The notes beneath the pieces are model-generated. The model saw only the letters and a program-made list of their open reading frames with translations, did no database searches and was not told the origin of the DNA. This document shows positions 50,151 to 62,979 of a stretch of DNA of 64,000 nt, piece by piece; the first letter of the stretch is position 1, and every line of letters begins with the position of its first letter. The position numbers and the translations under genes are program-made. The stretch is taken from NCBI RefSeq assembly GCF_963921235.1, contig NC_086097.1:128404001-128468000 (forward strand), in the 5' to 3' direction. The DNA comes from Mobula hypostoma (taxonomy: Eukaryota).

Positions 50151-52256
50151 AAATTGGAAGCCTAAATAGGAAACAGATGTTCTCAGGGAAAAGTACGGAA
50201 GAAATGTGGCAAATGTTCGGGGATATTTGTGTGGAGTTCTGCATAGGTACGTTCCAATGAGACAGGAAAGTTATGGCAGGGTACAGGAACCATGGTGTAC
50301 AAAGGCTGTAAAAATCTAGTCAAGAAGAAAAGAAAAGCTTACAAAAGGTTCGGAGAGCTAGGTAATATTAGAAATCTAGAGGATTATAAAGCTAATAGGA
50401 AGGAGCTTAAGAATGAAATTAGGAGAGCCAGAAGGGGCCATGAGAAGGCCTTGGTGGGCAGGATTAAGGAAAACCCCAAGGCATTCTACAAGTATGTGAA
50501 GAGCAAGAGGATAACACGTGAAAGTATAGGACCTATCAAGTGTGACAGTGGGAAAGTATGTATAGAAACTGAGGAAATAGCAGAGGTAGTTAATGAATAC
50601 TTTACTTCAGTTTTCACTATGGAAAAGGATCTTGGTGATTGTAGTGATGACTTGCAGCAGACTGAAAAGCGTGTGCATGTAGATATTAAGAAAGAGGATG
50701 CGCTGGAGCTTTTGGAAAGCATCAAGTTGGTTAAGTCGCCAGGACCAGACGAGATGTACCCCAGGCTACTGTGAAAGGCGAGGGAGGAGATTGCTGAGCC
50801 TCTGTCAATAATCTTTGCATCATCAGTGGGGACGGGAGAGGTTCTGGAGGATTGGAGGGTTGTGGATGTCATTCCTTTATTCAAGAAAGGGAGTAGAGAT
50901 AGCCCAGGAAATTATAGAACAGTGAATCTTACCTCAGTGGTTGGTAAGTTAATGGAGAAGATCCTGAGAGGCAGGATTTATGAACATTTGGAGAGGCATA
51001 ATATGATTAGGAATAGTCAGCATGGCTTTGTCAAGGGCAGGTCATGCCTCACGAGCCAGATTGAATTTTTTGAGGATGTGACTAAACGCATTGATGAAGG
51101 AAGAGCAGTAGATGTAGTGTATATGGATTTCAGCAAGGCATTTGATAAGGTACCCCATGCAAGGCTTATTGAGAAAGTAAGGAAGCATGGGATCCAAGGG
51201 GACATGGCTTTGTGGATCCAGAACTGGCTTGCCCACAAAAGGCAAAGAGTGGTTATAGACGGGTCATATTCTGCATGGAGGCTGGTCCCCACTGGAGTGC
51301 CTCAGGGATCTGTTCTGGGACTCTTACTCTTCGTGATTTTTATAAATGACCTGGATGAGGAAGTGGAAGGGTGGGTTAGTAAGTTTGCTGATGCCATAAA
51401 GGTTGGAGGTGTTGTGGATAGTGTGGAGGGCTGTCAGAGGTTATAGCGGGACATTGATATGATGCAAAACTGGGCTGAGAAGTGGCAGATGGAGTTCAGC
51501 CCAGATACGTGTGAAGTAGTTTATTTTGTTAGGTCAAATATGATGCCAAAATATAGTATTAACGGTAAGACTCTTGGCAGTGTGGAGGATCAGAGGGATC
51601 CTGGGGTCCGAGTCCGTAGGATGCTCAAAGCAGCTGCGCAGATTGACTCTGTGGTTAAGAAGGCATACGGTGTATTGGCCTTCATCAATCGTGGAATTGA
51701 ATTTAGGAGCCAAGAGGTAATGTAGCAGCTATATAGGACCCTGGTCAGACCCCACTTGGAGTACTCAGTTCTGGTCACCTCACTACAGGAAAGATGTGGA
51801 AGCTAGAGAAAGGGTGCAGAGGAAGATTGGGGAGCATGCTTTATGAGAATAGGTTGAGTTAACTCGGCCTTTTCTCCTTGGAGCGATGGAGGATGAGAGG
51901 TGACCTGATAGAGGTGTATAAGATGATGAGAGACATTGATCATGTGGATAGTCAGAGACTTTTTCCCAGGGCTAAAATGGTTGCCACAAGAGGACACAGA
52001 TCTAAGGTGCTGGGGAGTAGGTACAGAGGAGATGTCAGGGGTAAGTTTTCTAGTCAGAGAGTGGTGAGTGTGTGGAATGGGTTGCAGGCAACGGTGGTGG
52101 AGGCGGATACGATAGGGTCTCTTAAGAGACTTTTGGATAGGTACATGGAGCTTAGAAAAATAGAGGGCTATAGGTAAGGTAGGGACATGTTCGGCACAAC
52201 TTTGTGGGCCGAAGGGCCTGTATTGTGCTGTAGATTTTCTATGTTTCTATATTTCT
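50151..52256 (+). mobile_element. CR1 LINE, 5'-truncated, relatively young, inserted in Gypsy RT
   Basis: ORFs 50292..50774, 50826..51446 (QHGFVKGRSCLT, VYMDFSKAFDKVPH, GVPQGSVLG, KFAD), 51459..51725 and 51878..52177. It has a (ttctatg) tail and ATGGG on both flanks. Confidence 0.95.
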
Positions 52257-53814
52257 ATGGGCAATAGCAGTTGTCTCAGTAGCCATGATGGATGAGTCTA
52301 CCAGGATCTGTAGTGATATTAAGATCGTCATCAACTCAGTACTGAAAGTAGATCAGTACCCTCTGCCTAGGATAGAGGATATCTTTGTAAACCTTGCTGG
52401 AGGGAAACATTTCAGCAAAGTGGACATAGCTGAGATGGAAGAAGTGTCTAAAGTGTGTCGCACTATAAACACTTACAAAAGACTTTATTACTCCAATAGG
52501 CTTATTTTTAAAGTGGCACCTGCACCTGCACTCTGGCAGAAAGCTATGTGCCAGGTGCTGCAAGGCTGCCCAGGCACTCCGTGGTATTTGGTTGACATCT
52601 TTGTTACAGGTAAGGATGGCAAGGAACACCACCAAAATCTCAAGACAATGTTAAAAAGATTAGAGGATTATGCGCTCAGAGCACAATGCAACGAGTGCTA
52701 ACTCTTTAAACCAAGCTTCACTTACTGTCATGACATCATCGACATATAAGGATTACACAAGTGTGCTGAGTAAATTCAAGCAGTGGTGGATGCCCCAAGG
52801 CCAAAAGACGTGTCACAGCTGTGGTCCTTTTTCGGATTTGTCAATTACTGTAACAGGTTTCTGCCAAACTTGGCTACTGTGCTCCACTGCTTAAACTCAT
52901 TATTACAAATTGTGAAGAAATGGCAATGGACAAAGCAGAGAGAGGTGGTTTTCCAAAAGGCATGGTGACGACAAGCAATGTACTCACACATTATGATCCA
53001 CACCATCCAGTGAAGCTTACCTGTGACACCTTGCCTTATGATATAGGTGCAGTCATTAAGAGTGATGGAAATGAAAGTCCCAAAGCCTTAACATCACGTT
53101 CCCTTATCGCTGCAGAGGAAAAGTACGCACAGATTGACAGAGGGGCCTTGAGTCTGGTTTGAAGTGTGAAATGTTTCAACCAGTACCTGTATGGGAGAGA
53201 TTTGATCCTCATTACTGATCATCAACCACTGGTGTCCATTTTCAATCCACAGGAGGTGTTCCACTAACAGCAGCAGCTCAAATGCAGAGATGGGCTATTT
53301 TTCTTGGAGGACACAATTACAAGATCGAATTCAAGAGGATGACAAATCATGGAAATCCTGATGGAAAAGGAAATATCTGAAAAATTTACAGAAGTGGACA
53401 CACTGCTGGATGTGTTCTCCCTAGAACCGGAAAAGACATCACACTGTCAGGTCTATATGGCGACCCAAAGTGGCTGGAATGTGCAGCAGAAATCCTAGTA
53501 ACTTCCATTTTTACCAGCGCTAGGATGAACCTGCCCATTGGTTTATGTGGGGATTGAGAGTTGTTGTACCATCCAAGCTGAGAGCTAAGTGCTGGAGGAG
53601 CTACATGCCAGCCATCTAGGCAAAATGAAAGTGCTGGCTTGAAGCTTTATCTGGTGGCCTAGGATTGATCAGCATATCGAGTACCTTGTCATACACTGTT
53701 CTGGATGCCAACACGCCGAGAAGAAAGGAGTCCAGAGCTGTCGGAACCACTTCCTGCAGTCCCAGGGTCAACTCCTACAACCACCACGAAGGAGGCCTCA
53801 GAACCTGGGAGTAA

Positions 53815-56800
53815 ATCAGGGGCTGAGGATGCAGTTTTGTGGGGCACCTGTGTTGAGGAAATCATGATGGAGGTGTTGTTGCCTATCCTTATTAATCATA
53901 GTCTGTTATCCAGAGAGTCAGGGGTTCAGTTGCAAATGGAGATGTCACATCCCAAGCCTAAGAGCTTGGATATGAGCTTACTTCAAATTGTAGTGTTGAA
54001 GGCAATCTATAGAGGAAAGAGACAGCCAATGTTTTGGGTCAAGTCCTTTCATCGTAGAACAGTACAACCCAGGAACAGGCCCTTTGGCCCTCTATGTCTG
54101 TGCCAAACATGATACCAAATTAAAATAATGTTCTGCTGCCTGCATATAATTTACATTCCTCCATTCCGTGCATACATGCTTATCTAAAAGTCTATTAAAC
54201 TTTACCATTGTATTTGCTTCCACCTCTAACCTGACAGTTCATTCTAGGCACACACCATTTTCTATGCACATCTCCTTTAAAGATTTTAAAGATTAGCTTT
54301 AATTGTCATGTGTACATCAAAAGATCAAAGCATACAGTGAAATGCATCATTTGCATCAAATCAAACCAGCAAGAATTTTGCAGGGGGCAGACCACAAGTG
54401 TCACCACACTTAATGGAGTCAACATAGCGTGCCCATAACTTACTAATCCTAACCATAAATGTGCATTCAGGCAGAACGTTTAACCACCTTACAAACAGTG
54501 GCGGGAATCAAATGCCAGTCACTGATCACTGGCACTGTAAAGTGATTTCCCTCAGTCGCAGCAGGGAACAGGCCCTCATGGTGAGCGGCTGGATTCTGTG
54601 CTGGGTTGGGGGTAGCTCCTCCTGTCGGCATTGCCTTGCAGTGTTCACTCGGTGGAAGGCAAGCTGGATTGCATTCGCCTACAGCTGCACTGCATGATAT
54701 GAGGAACTGTTGCAGACTCATCCTTGCAGAAACATGGTTCCTGGTTAACATCCATGCACCATCAATCTACAGGCCGTGACGCCCAGGGACTTCAATCTCA
54801 AGTTCAACTTCAGTTCATTGTCATTCACATGCATACCAAACGAAACAATGGACCAAGGTGCACAGCATAGTACATATAACTCATATGCATAACGTCTCAA
54901 GTAATATTACCACAAATATAATAACAAATAATAATAAGCATATGTGATGCAAGCTAAAAAGTAAACAGTGCAAGGTTAGTGGTGCTTCATACATGATGAG
55001 ACCTGTGTGGTGGCAGGGAATTCTGCAGTCTTACGTCCTTGATGAAGAAGCTATTTCCCATCCTAACAGTCCTAATGCTATGATACCTCCTGCCGGATGG
55101 TAGGGGGGTCAAAGAGATTATTGGGCAGATGGGAGGGACCTTTAGGCTATAGTATTAGTTTCAATATTCTTTGTAACTATGTTTTTCTGCTATCATAATT
55201 ATGTGCTGTCTGTGTTTCACACCTTGGCCCCAGAGGAACGCTGCTTCATTTGGCTGGATTCACGTGTATGGCTGAATGACAATTAAACTTGAACTTGATC
55301 TTGTACTGACCACTATGCTACCGTGTTGCCCCTCTCACCTTTAACCTTAATCCTCACCCCACTCCTTAAATGTATCTCCTCTAGTAATTGACATTTTTCG
55401 CTGGGAGATTAATTCTGCCTGCTTCCCCTATCTGTGCCTCTCCTTACGTTATATACTTCTATTAGGTTTCCCCTCAGCTTCTGAGGCTTCAGAGAAAACA
55501 AACCCAGTTTGTCTACCCTCACCTTATAGCTTATACCCTCTAATCCTGGTGAACCTCTTCTGCTCTCTTTTTGAAGCTTTCGCATCCTCCCTGTAGTGAG
55601 GAGTTGACAATTGGTTGTCCATGCTCTGTGTGTGGTTGAATGTAAAAGTAGATTAAAAATTTGAATTTAAAGACAGGGGAGTGGGACTAATGGAACAGAA
55701 CAACAAAAGGTCAGCTCAGGTGTGACAGCCAGTGAAAGAATGGAAAAACTTGCATGTATTCATCACCAGAATTGCAGGATGTAAGAACATAAAAGCATAA
55801 GAAATAGGAGCAAGAATAGGCCATCTGGTCTGTTGATCCTGCTCTGCCAATCAATAAGATCATGACTGATCTGAACATGGACTCATCTCCAACTACCTAC
55901 CTCTTCCCCATAAACCTTAGTTTCCCTAGTATGCAAAAAACTATCTAACCTTGTATTTTCTGAGGTAGCCTCCACTGCTTCACTGGGCAGAGAAGTCCAC
56001 AGATTCACCACTCTTTGCGAAAAGCAGTTCCTCCCCATCCTCGTCCTGAATCTTGAGGAAATTCCAGAGGATTCCAGGTCTGGTGAAGATTAGTAGATTA
56101 AAGTGGCTAGAGTCATGCAGAATTTTGACAATAAAGATGGAAATCTTCATCGTGATCTGGGCTGCTGTCTGTGAGGATCTTGAATACTCTTCCAGTGATC
56201 ACGTGCTCTGGCTTCCTTCCATATCCCACTGATGTATCGGTTGGTAGTAGATTGAGCATGCTGCTTCGTCCCTAATGTGTAGGTGAGTGGTAGAATCTGG
56301 ACATAATAAAATAACTAGAATTAATGCCAGATTAGTGTAACAGGGTGGTTAATGGTCAGTGCAGACTCAACGGTCGAATGGAACTAGTTGTCTACTGTAT
56401 CTTTCTATGACTCTATGACTCATGCTATCCCATAAAGGCCTTCCTAATAGGAGCAATCGGGAACCATTATTTTTCAGAGGGAATAATGAAGTAACTTAAG
56501 ATGCATCATTCCTTCCGACTCAACAGAAGGTTGTTGTTCTATTGCAGACCCATTAATCCCTCTGATCGCCTTGAAACCTCTTCTCTATTTGATGACTATC
56601 AACTTCCCCTAATTTTCCCCGTACCCAACTATAATAGGGGTAATTTACAATAAGTAGTTAAATTGATTTATTATTGTCACATGTACCAAGATACAGTGAA
56701 AGCTCTGCTTTGTATACCATCCATACACATCATTTCATCACATCAGTACATCGAGATGGTACAAGGGAAGAGCGATGACAGTGCAGAATAAAGTGTTGCT

Positions 56801-56900
56801 AAGAAAGTGCAGTAGCAGACAAACAATAAAGTGCAAGGCACGACAAGGTAGATTGTAAGGCCAAGAGTTTATCTTACTGTATAAGTAACCAATTAATCTA
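53815..56900. mobile_element. Cluster of short CR1, Rex1/Babar and SINE fragments
   Basis: Includes a minus-strand Rex RT piece (53815-54005), CR1 ends (54055-54280, 55330-55600, 55785-56050), Rex tails (54285-54460, 54795-55310, 56665-56885) and a SINE remnant (56150-56420). Confidence 0.6.
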
Positions 56901-57134
56901 ATAGCAGTAAGTACTTAAGAGCTCCTGAGGGAGTCCCATGCAAACACAAAGAATGTGCAGAAATCACTCAAAAAGCATTGCAACTCAGGTTTGAACTTGA
57001 GCTGCTTGAGCTAAGAGCTAGCTGAACTACTTGCAATGATGCTGTGCCGGTATATCTGATCATGTAAATTAAGTTTAAAATGCATAACAATTTGCAATAA
57101 TATTGTCTGGCTTGTTTGGAATAATTAGTGTAAT

Positions 57135-57943
57135 GATAATAACTTATTTATAGAGCACTTTTCATGCAAACAATGTAGTTTGAAGTGCCTTACAACGGGT
57201 TAAAGAGCAAACATAAAAATAAAAGACAAAAGGATGTTAGTTAAAGGCAACGTTAAATAAATAGGTGCTCAGAAGTCTCAACTGAGTCTGCATCCCTTAT
57301 AAATTTAGGTATTGAGATTCACAGTTGAGGAGTGCAGTTAAAGAAAAGCTGATCTGCCACTTTTCTTTTGAGGGAGGTTGTTTAAGTTTAAGAAACCAGT
57401 GGGGAGAGAACCCGAGAGCTCAAACAGAATTATGAAACAAAGGCGATTCTGTGATGTACTCCCAAATCACTGAGAGTTTATACACAAATCGGAGAAATTC
57501 AAAATCAACTCTAAAAGATTCATGAAGCCAATGCAGAGTATTTTGGATGGGAGTGATATGCTCCCTCATCCCGGCATTAGTTAAAAGTTTAGCACCTGTC
57601 CTCTGAATGAGTTGAAATTTATCAATAGGTTGCTTTGGAAGGCCAGTAAAATGTGAATTGCACAAACCTAGTCTATTGGATATAAAGGGGTAAATTAGTT
57701 TCTCAGCATCATTATGTGACAGAAACAAACATATCTTTGTGATATTTCTTAAGTGTAGAAATGCTAATCTAGTCACTTTCTGTCAGTGGGATTTAAAATT
57801 CAATTTGAATCAAGGATAACACCCAGGCTTGTAATTTCTCATCTTACAAGGGGAGCCAAGTTCCTTTGTTTAATCAAGACTTCTTATCACTTTTGGCTTT
57901 GGGACCAACTAAAAGTATTTCAATTTTATCTTCATTTAGCCTT
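57135..57943 (-). mobile_element. L2 LINE, 3' part
   Basis: ORF 57420..57776 has AFLHLRNITKICLFLSHNDAEKLIYPFISNRL and EHITPIQNTLHWL. The 3' end is tgaaaagtgctctataaataag. Confidence 0.88.
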
Positions 57944-58269
57944 TGTCAGGAAATGCAGAGGAGGCTTGGCCCAAAAGTAGAGCAGTGGAGATGATTCAGT
58001 GACGAACAATAAATTTAATAATAGACTGCAAAAATAATAAGCCATGAGGGGCCACAAAACAAGAGAGAACAGATACTAAACACCACAGGCAAGAAAGTAA
58101 TTGAGAGCTAGGAGCAACTGGATGAGACTGGCTGGTTTGATGGGAGAACAAGGACTGTGCCTGAGAGCAGGGTTTAAATAGGCTGCAGGTGATGAGTTGG
58201 GAATGAGCAGCAGGTGACTCCTGTTAGGTGGATAGAGACTAGAAGGTGCCACCCTGTGCAGGCCTGACA
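57944..58269 (-). mobile_element. 3' LTR (326 bp) of a chromovirus-type Gypsy element
   Basis: Inverted termini are TGTCAGG...CCTGACA. On the minus strand it is preceded by the polypurine tract gaggggaggtc (58270-58280) and contains TATA-like tatttaaa. Confidence 0.85.
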
Positions 58270-60870
58270 GACCTCCCCTCACTGTGGCCAGCTCAGGACG
58301 ATCCAGGTGGGTCTGGTGGAACTCCTCAATGAGTGATGGATCGAAGATAAAACTGGAGGACACCCAAGACCTCTTCTCCAGGCTGTACCCTTCCCAGTCG
58401 ACTAAGTACTCCACACCCTGTCCACGACAATATGAATCCATCAACTAATGAACCATGTACACTGGACCACCTTCCACCACCCTAAGCTCCAGAGGAGCAG
58501 GCTAAGGTGGATTGAGTGGTTTCTTACCAACTATCAGTGACAAAAATCACTGCTCTTTGAACACAAACACATGGAGTGGATGCTATCTGAAAACCATTCA
58601 CTCTGAGCATAGCGTAGTGTCTAACAGCAACATGACCTGCTTGCAATCAATACAAGTTAGAAAATATTCGGCAACAGTCTCCTGTCCAATTAAGTGGCAT
58701 AAGTGACCCAAATTAACGAAGGGAATCCTGTCTATATCACAATTTGTTTTTGTTCTTTAAGAGTTGTCCAAAATAAATGGCTGCCCTGATTAGCCAAATG
58801 CCGATTTCACCGGAATCCACTATATTTATAATGGCCAGTGGGTGTTATGAATGCTCTCCGCCTCTCATCTCCTGATGGGTATGGAACAGGTTGTAAGCAC
58901 TCTGTAGCTCCAGTTTGGTGATGATCTGGGCCCGCAGTGTGCTTTGGATGTGCTATGCTTCATGAAGAGAGCATAACGGTTCTTAATGGTGACATTGTTG
59001 TGTCCATGGTAATTGTTGTAGGGATGGAGACTGCCATCTTTTTTTTGACAAAGAAGAATCCTGCACCGGCTGGGGACTGGGATGGTCAAATTAAACCATG
59101 ATGTAGTGCTTTGGCCATTTATGGAGGGGAGAGTAAAAATAGACAACCTTGGGAAGGGGTAATGCCCGGGGTAAGGTTGACCGTGCATCATGTGGTCTGT
59201 GAGGCAGCAGGGTGCTGGCTTACTGAAGGTGATGGCTAAGTCATGGTATTCCTGTGGGAGCTTGGTGAGGCCAAGGGTCCCTTCTGTCTCCACGGATTTA
59301 CGGGGTGAGGTCAACCAAAGTTGCAGCCAAGTGGGTCAGCAGGTGGTCCCCTCAACTCAGCTTTGAAGTGGATGACCAGGTGTAGTGGGGGTCCTGAGCA
59401 GAGAGCCAGGGGTAACCCCATGTGAGAGGAGAATTGGGTGAGTCAATCAGGAGGAATTGAATGGACTCATAAGGTTCTCTAATGCTCATGTCCTTCATAG
59501 TCATAGTCATACTTTATTGATCCCGGGGGAAATTGGTTTTCGTTACAGTTGCACCATAAATACTAAATAGTAATAGAACCATAAATAGTTAAATAGTAGT
59601 ATATAAATTATGCCAGTAAATTATGAAATAAGTCCAGGATCAGCCTATTGGCTCAGGGTGTCTGACCCTCCAAGGGAGGAGTTGTAAAGTTTGATGGCCA
59701 CAGGCAGGAATGACTTCCTATGATGCTCTGTGCTGCATCTCGGTGGAATGAGTCTCTGGCTGAATGTACTCCTGTGCCCACCCAATACATTATGTAGTGG
59801 ATGGGAGACATTGACCAAGATGGCATGCAACTTGGACAGCATCCTCTTTTCAGACACCACTGTGAGAGAGTCCAGTTCCATCCCCACAACATCACTGGCC
59901 TTACGGGTGAGTTTGTTGATTCTGTTGGTGTCTGCTACCCTCAGTCTGCTGCCCCAGCACACAGCAGCAAACATGATAGTACTAGCCACCACAGACTCAT
60001 AGAACATCCTCAGCATCTTCAAAGCCCATGATACAGAAGGGGTGAGAGACAGGTTCAGTAGGAAGTTCAAGCAGCACACACAGAGTCCAGTCCAGAAAAT
60101 TGGCTCCTGCACCAGAATCCACCAGAACTTCCAGTGCACATAGAGCCTTGGGATGTGCAGTAGGACAGAGAGAGTTGGGGTATGGTGCTGGGAAGAGGGG
60201 CCAGGAGGAGCTTATCAGACAGAAGGCCCCTTGTCTCCATCTGATGGTGCCGTTTCCCGGTTGCAGTGGACATCTGATGCTTGGGTGAAAGGCTGCTCTG
60301 CAGTAGGTACACAAGTTGTTTCTCCACTGGCGCTCACTTGGGGCAGGGCGGGGTGCGAGTGGGGTTAAGCCAGCTCTTCCTAACTTGGTGGGGGGCGTGC
60401 AAGTGAGGTTAAGGCAGCTCTTCCTCACTGCATGGGTTCTGAAGGCATTGTTGATGAGGGTCCTGCAGCCTGAAATGTTTCTGGGAAATGAACTTGGGTT
60501 CAGGCTGGTGATCTGGAGGGGTGTCAATATGGAGGATTAGAATGATGAGTATTTCAATGTTGGTGGGCATCTCCCGGGTAGGCAGCTTGTCTTTCATGCA
60601 CCCTGAGAGGCTGAGATGGTAATGGGCCAGCTCCACTTCCACATTCCAGTGGTACTCCGCTCCCAAGGGTCCTGAATTCCATGGTGTAATCCAGCACCAA
60701 GCATGAGCCTTGACACAGGTGAAATATCTGATTCAATGCCTCCCTTCCACTTCGCGGATGGTTAAAAACCCAACACCTCTCAGCGGCGAGTTCTGCTTAC
60801 TTATTGCAAATAGTGTTTCATTCTGTCCCACCAAGGTCAGATCTCACCCAGTCAAGAGAGAGGGACTAAT
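58270..60870 (-). mobile_element. Chromovirus (sushi-like) Gypsy internal region, degraded
   Basis: Chromodomain: [49 protein letters not shown]. Protease: LEVLVDSGAGANFLD. Gag knuckle: CTYCRAAFHPSIRC. Gag: LCQGSCLVLDYTMEFRTL. Confidence 0.9.
59498..60016 (-). mobile_element. Rex1/Babar LINE 3' fragment inserted in the chromovirus
   Basis: ORF part MLRMFYESVVASTIMFAAVCWG...RKSFLPVAIKLYN, a (tagtca)n tail, and CTTCA on both flanks (59493-59497, 60017-60021). Confidence 0.9.
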
Positions 60871-60879
60871 CCCTTGGTC

Positions 60880-62200
60880 CTCCTGATGTTGTATACAAGG
60901 TTGTTGTTGAAACATCACTCCAGCAGCTGATCTACTTCATTCTTCTACGTCTCCTCGTCACCGTCTGAAATTCTGCCAACAACAGTTGTGTCATCGGGAA
61001 AAGATGGCGTTTGAGAAGTGCCTAGCCACACTGCCTTGGATGTAGAGGGAGTAGGGCAGTGGGCTGGGTACACGTCCTTGCGTTGATTGTCAGTGAGGAG
61101 GAGATGCTTTTTCCAATCTGCACACACTGTGCTCTCCCAATGAGGAAGCCAAGGACCTGGTTGCAGAGGGAAGTACAGAGGCCCAAATTTTGGAGCTTGT
61201 TGATTAGCATTGAGGGTATGATGGAGTTAAATGCTGAGCTGTTATCAATAAACAGCAGCCTGATGTAGGTATTGATATTGTCCAGGTGATCGAAGACCGA
61301 GTTGAGAGCTAATGAGACTGCATCCACCCTAGACCTATTGCGGCAATAGGCAAATTGTAGTGGGCACAGTTCCTTGCTTAGGTGGGGTTTGATTCTGTAC
61401 ATGACCAATCTTTTTAAGTGCTTCATTACAGTATACGTGAGTGCGACTGGGTGATATTTATTGAGGCAGCTCACTCAGCTCTTCGAGCACTGGTGTAATT
61501 GAAGCCCATTTGAAACAGCTGCAGTGGTGCGCAACTGAAATGGACAGGATTTCAGTGCCCTGTCAAGTACACAAACAGGGCCTTATGCCTTGCAAGGGTT
61601 CACCCTCTTGAAAGATGTTCTGACATCAGCCTCCGAGACAGAGATCACAGAGTCACCAGATGCTGCAGGGATTTTCACAGATCTGGTTTTATTCTTCTTT
61701 CAAAACATGCATAGAGGCATTGAGCTCATCTGGGAGTGAAGCATCACTGTCATTCATTAAATTAGGTTTCACTTTGTAGGAAGTAATGGCCTGCAAACCC
61801 TGCCAGAGCTATCATGCATTTAATATTGTTAATTCAAATACCTTCAATTAGGAATTGCTTTTTCACTCTTAAAATAGTCTTCCCTAGGTCTTACCTTGAC
61901 TTCTTGTATAGTTCTGGATCACAGGTCTTGAATGCTATGGACCAAGCCCTCAGCAGACTGTGAATCTCCTGGTTCATCCACAGCTTTTGGTTTGGGTATG
62001 TCTGGTATGTTTTCGAAGGCACACACTCATCCACACAGGTCTTCATGAAGTCAGCGAAAATTGTGACGTATACGTTTAGATTTGAAGATTAATCCGTGCA
62101 TATTGTCCCATCCACTGACTCAAGGTTAGTGCTCTCTGCCTTCCTTGACCATACCTTCTTGGTCCTCACCACCAGTATTGCAGTCCTTAGTCTCAGCTTT
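60880..62200 (-). mobile_element. Rex1/Babar LINE RT fragment
   Basis: ORF 61022..61474 has [32 protein letters not shown] and [26 protein letters not shown] appears in ORF 60945..61127. Confidence 0.9.
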
Positions 62201-62242
62201 TTTGCTGGGAGTAGAAGTACAGCCAGGTGATTGGACTTTCAA

Positions 62243-62760
62243 GGAAGCCAGAGAAGATAGGCATTTATCATTGGCAGGCTCGACCAAGATATACAATTGT
62301 GCATCATTTGCATAACAATGGAAATAAAGTTTATGCTCTTTAATGCTGTCTCCTATGGAGACAACGTATAAGAAGAGTAGGGACCAAGATAACATCCCTG
62401 AGCAACACTTAAAGGTAAATCTTATCGCTTAGAAAATTGGTCTCTGAGATACAATGTATGAGCAAAACCAAATAATAGTGTTACCAGAGAGGCCAGCACC
62501 ATTCTCAAGGTGATGTAGAAGAATGCTGTGGTCAATTGTGTCAAACGGGGTGTAGATCTAAGAGAATTAGAACTGAGAACCTGTTGTTTCAGTGCTGAGC
62601 CAAAGGTTGCTGACAATTTTGGTAAGGGCCATCTCCATGCTGTGGCTTGCTCTAAAAACTGATTGAAACTTCTCGAGAATATTGTTCTAGTGAGTAACAA
62701 GACCTGTAATCTGTTGAGAGTTTTATTCATACTTTAGAAACAGATTTGTTTTTAATGTAG
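62243..62760 (-). mobile_element. L2 LINE, upstream RT part (continuation of 57135-57943)
   Basis: ORF 62126..62395 has HKLYFHCYANDAQLYI, matching the L2 FHCYADDTQLY motif. Confidence 0.75.
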
Positions 62761-62979
62761 AATACTAAAACTGGTAAAGGAGCAATGATCATGAAAACAG
62801 AATTGGCTCAACTAGCCCTTTAGAAATGGGAAGTAGTCATTCTCACTAAGTCCAACCAGTGCTATTTGTGCCGTACCTGTCACCAGTCTCTACTTACCCA
62901 TCACGTCTTGGTCTGGCCTATCACTGACTTTGTTATTTTTTTTATCATAGAGTCAAGCTGTCAAGGGTCAAATTTTATC

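Larger units (their letters stand above)
47935..53810 (+). mobile_element. Degraded Gypsy LTR retrotransposon internal region (Mag-like): gag, protease, RT, RNase H, integrase start
   Basis: Gag: QYFEVYEIANVKQVPVLLSVLGGRAY. Protease: IKMELDTGSVFSVI. RT: YPLPRIEDIF..FSKVD and YLVDIFVTG. RNase H: LTCDTLPYDIGAV and YAQIDRGAL. A PBS-like ataaca-gtggtgatgag lies at about 47939-47955. Confidence 0.9.

Noticed and set aside
50292..52177. Intact active reverse transcriptase gene
   Set aside because: It is 5'-truncated with no endonuclease domain, has in-frame stops (50772, 51444, 51723), and the catalytic FADD is changed to FADA.
58076..60736. Domesticated sushi-derived gene (PEG10/RTL-like)
   Set aside because: It has multiple frameshifts, deletions and a LINE insertion, and it retains an LTR, so it is a decayed transposon.
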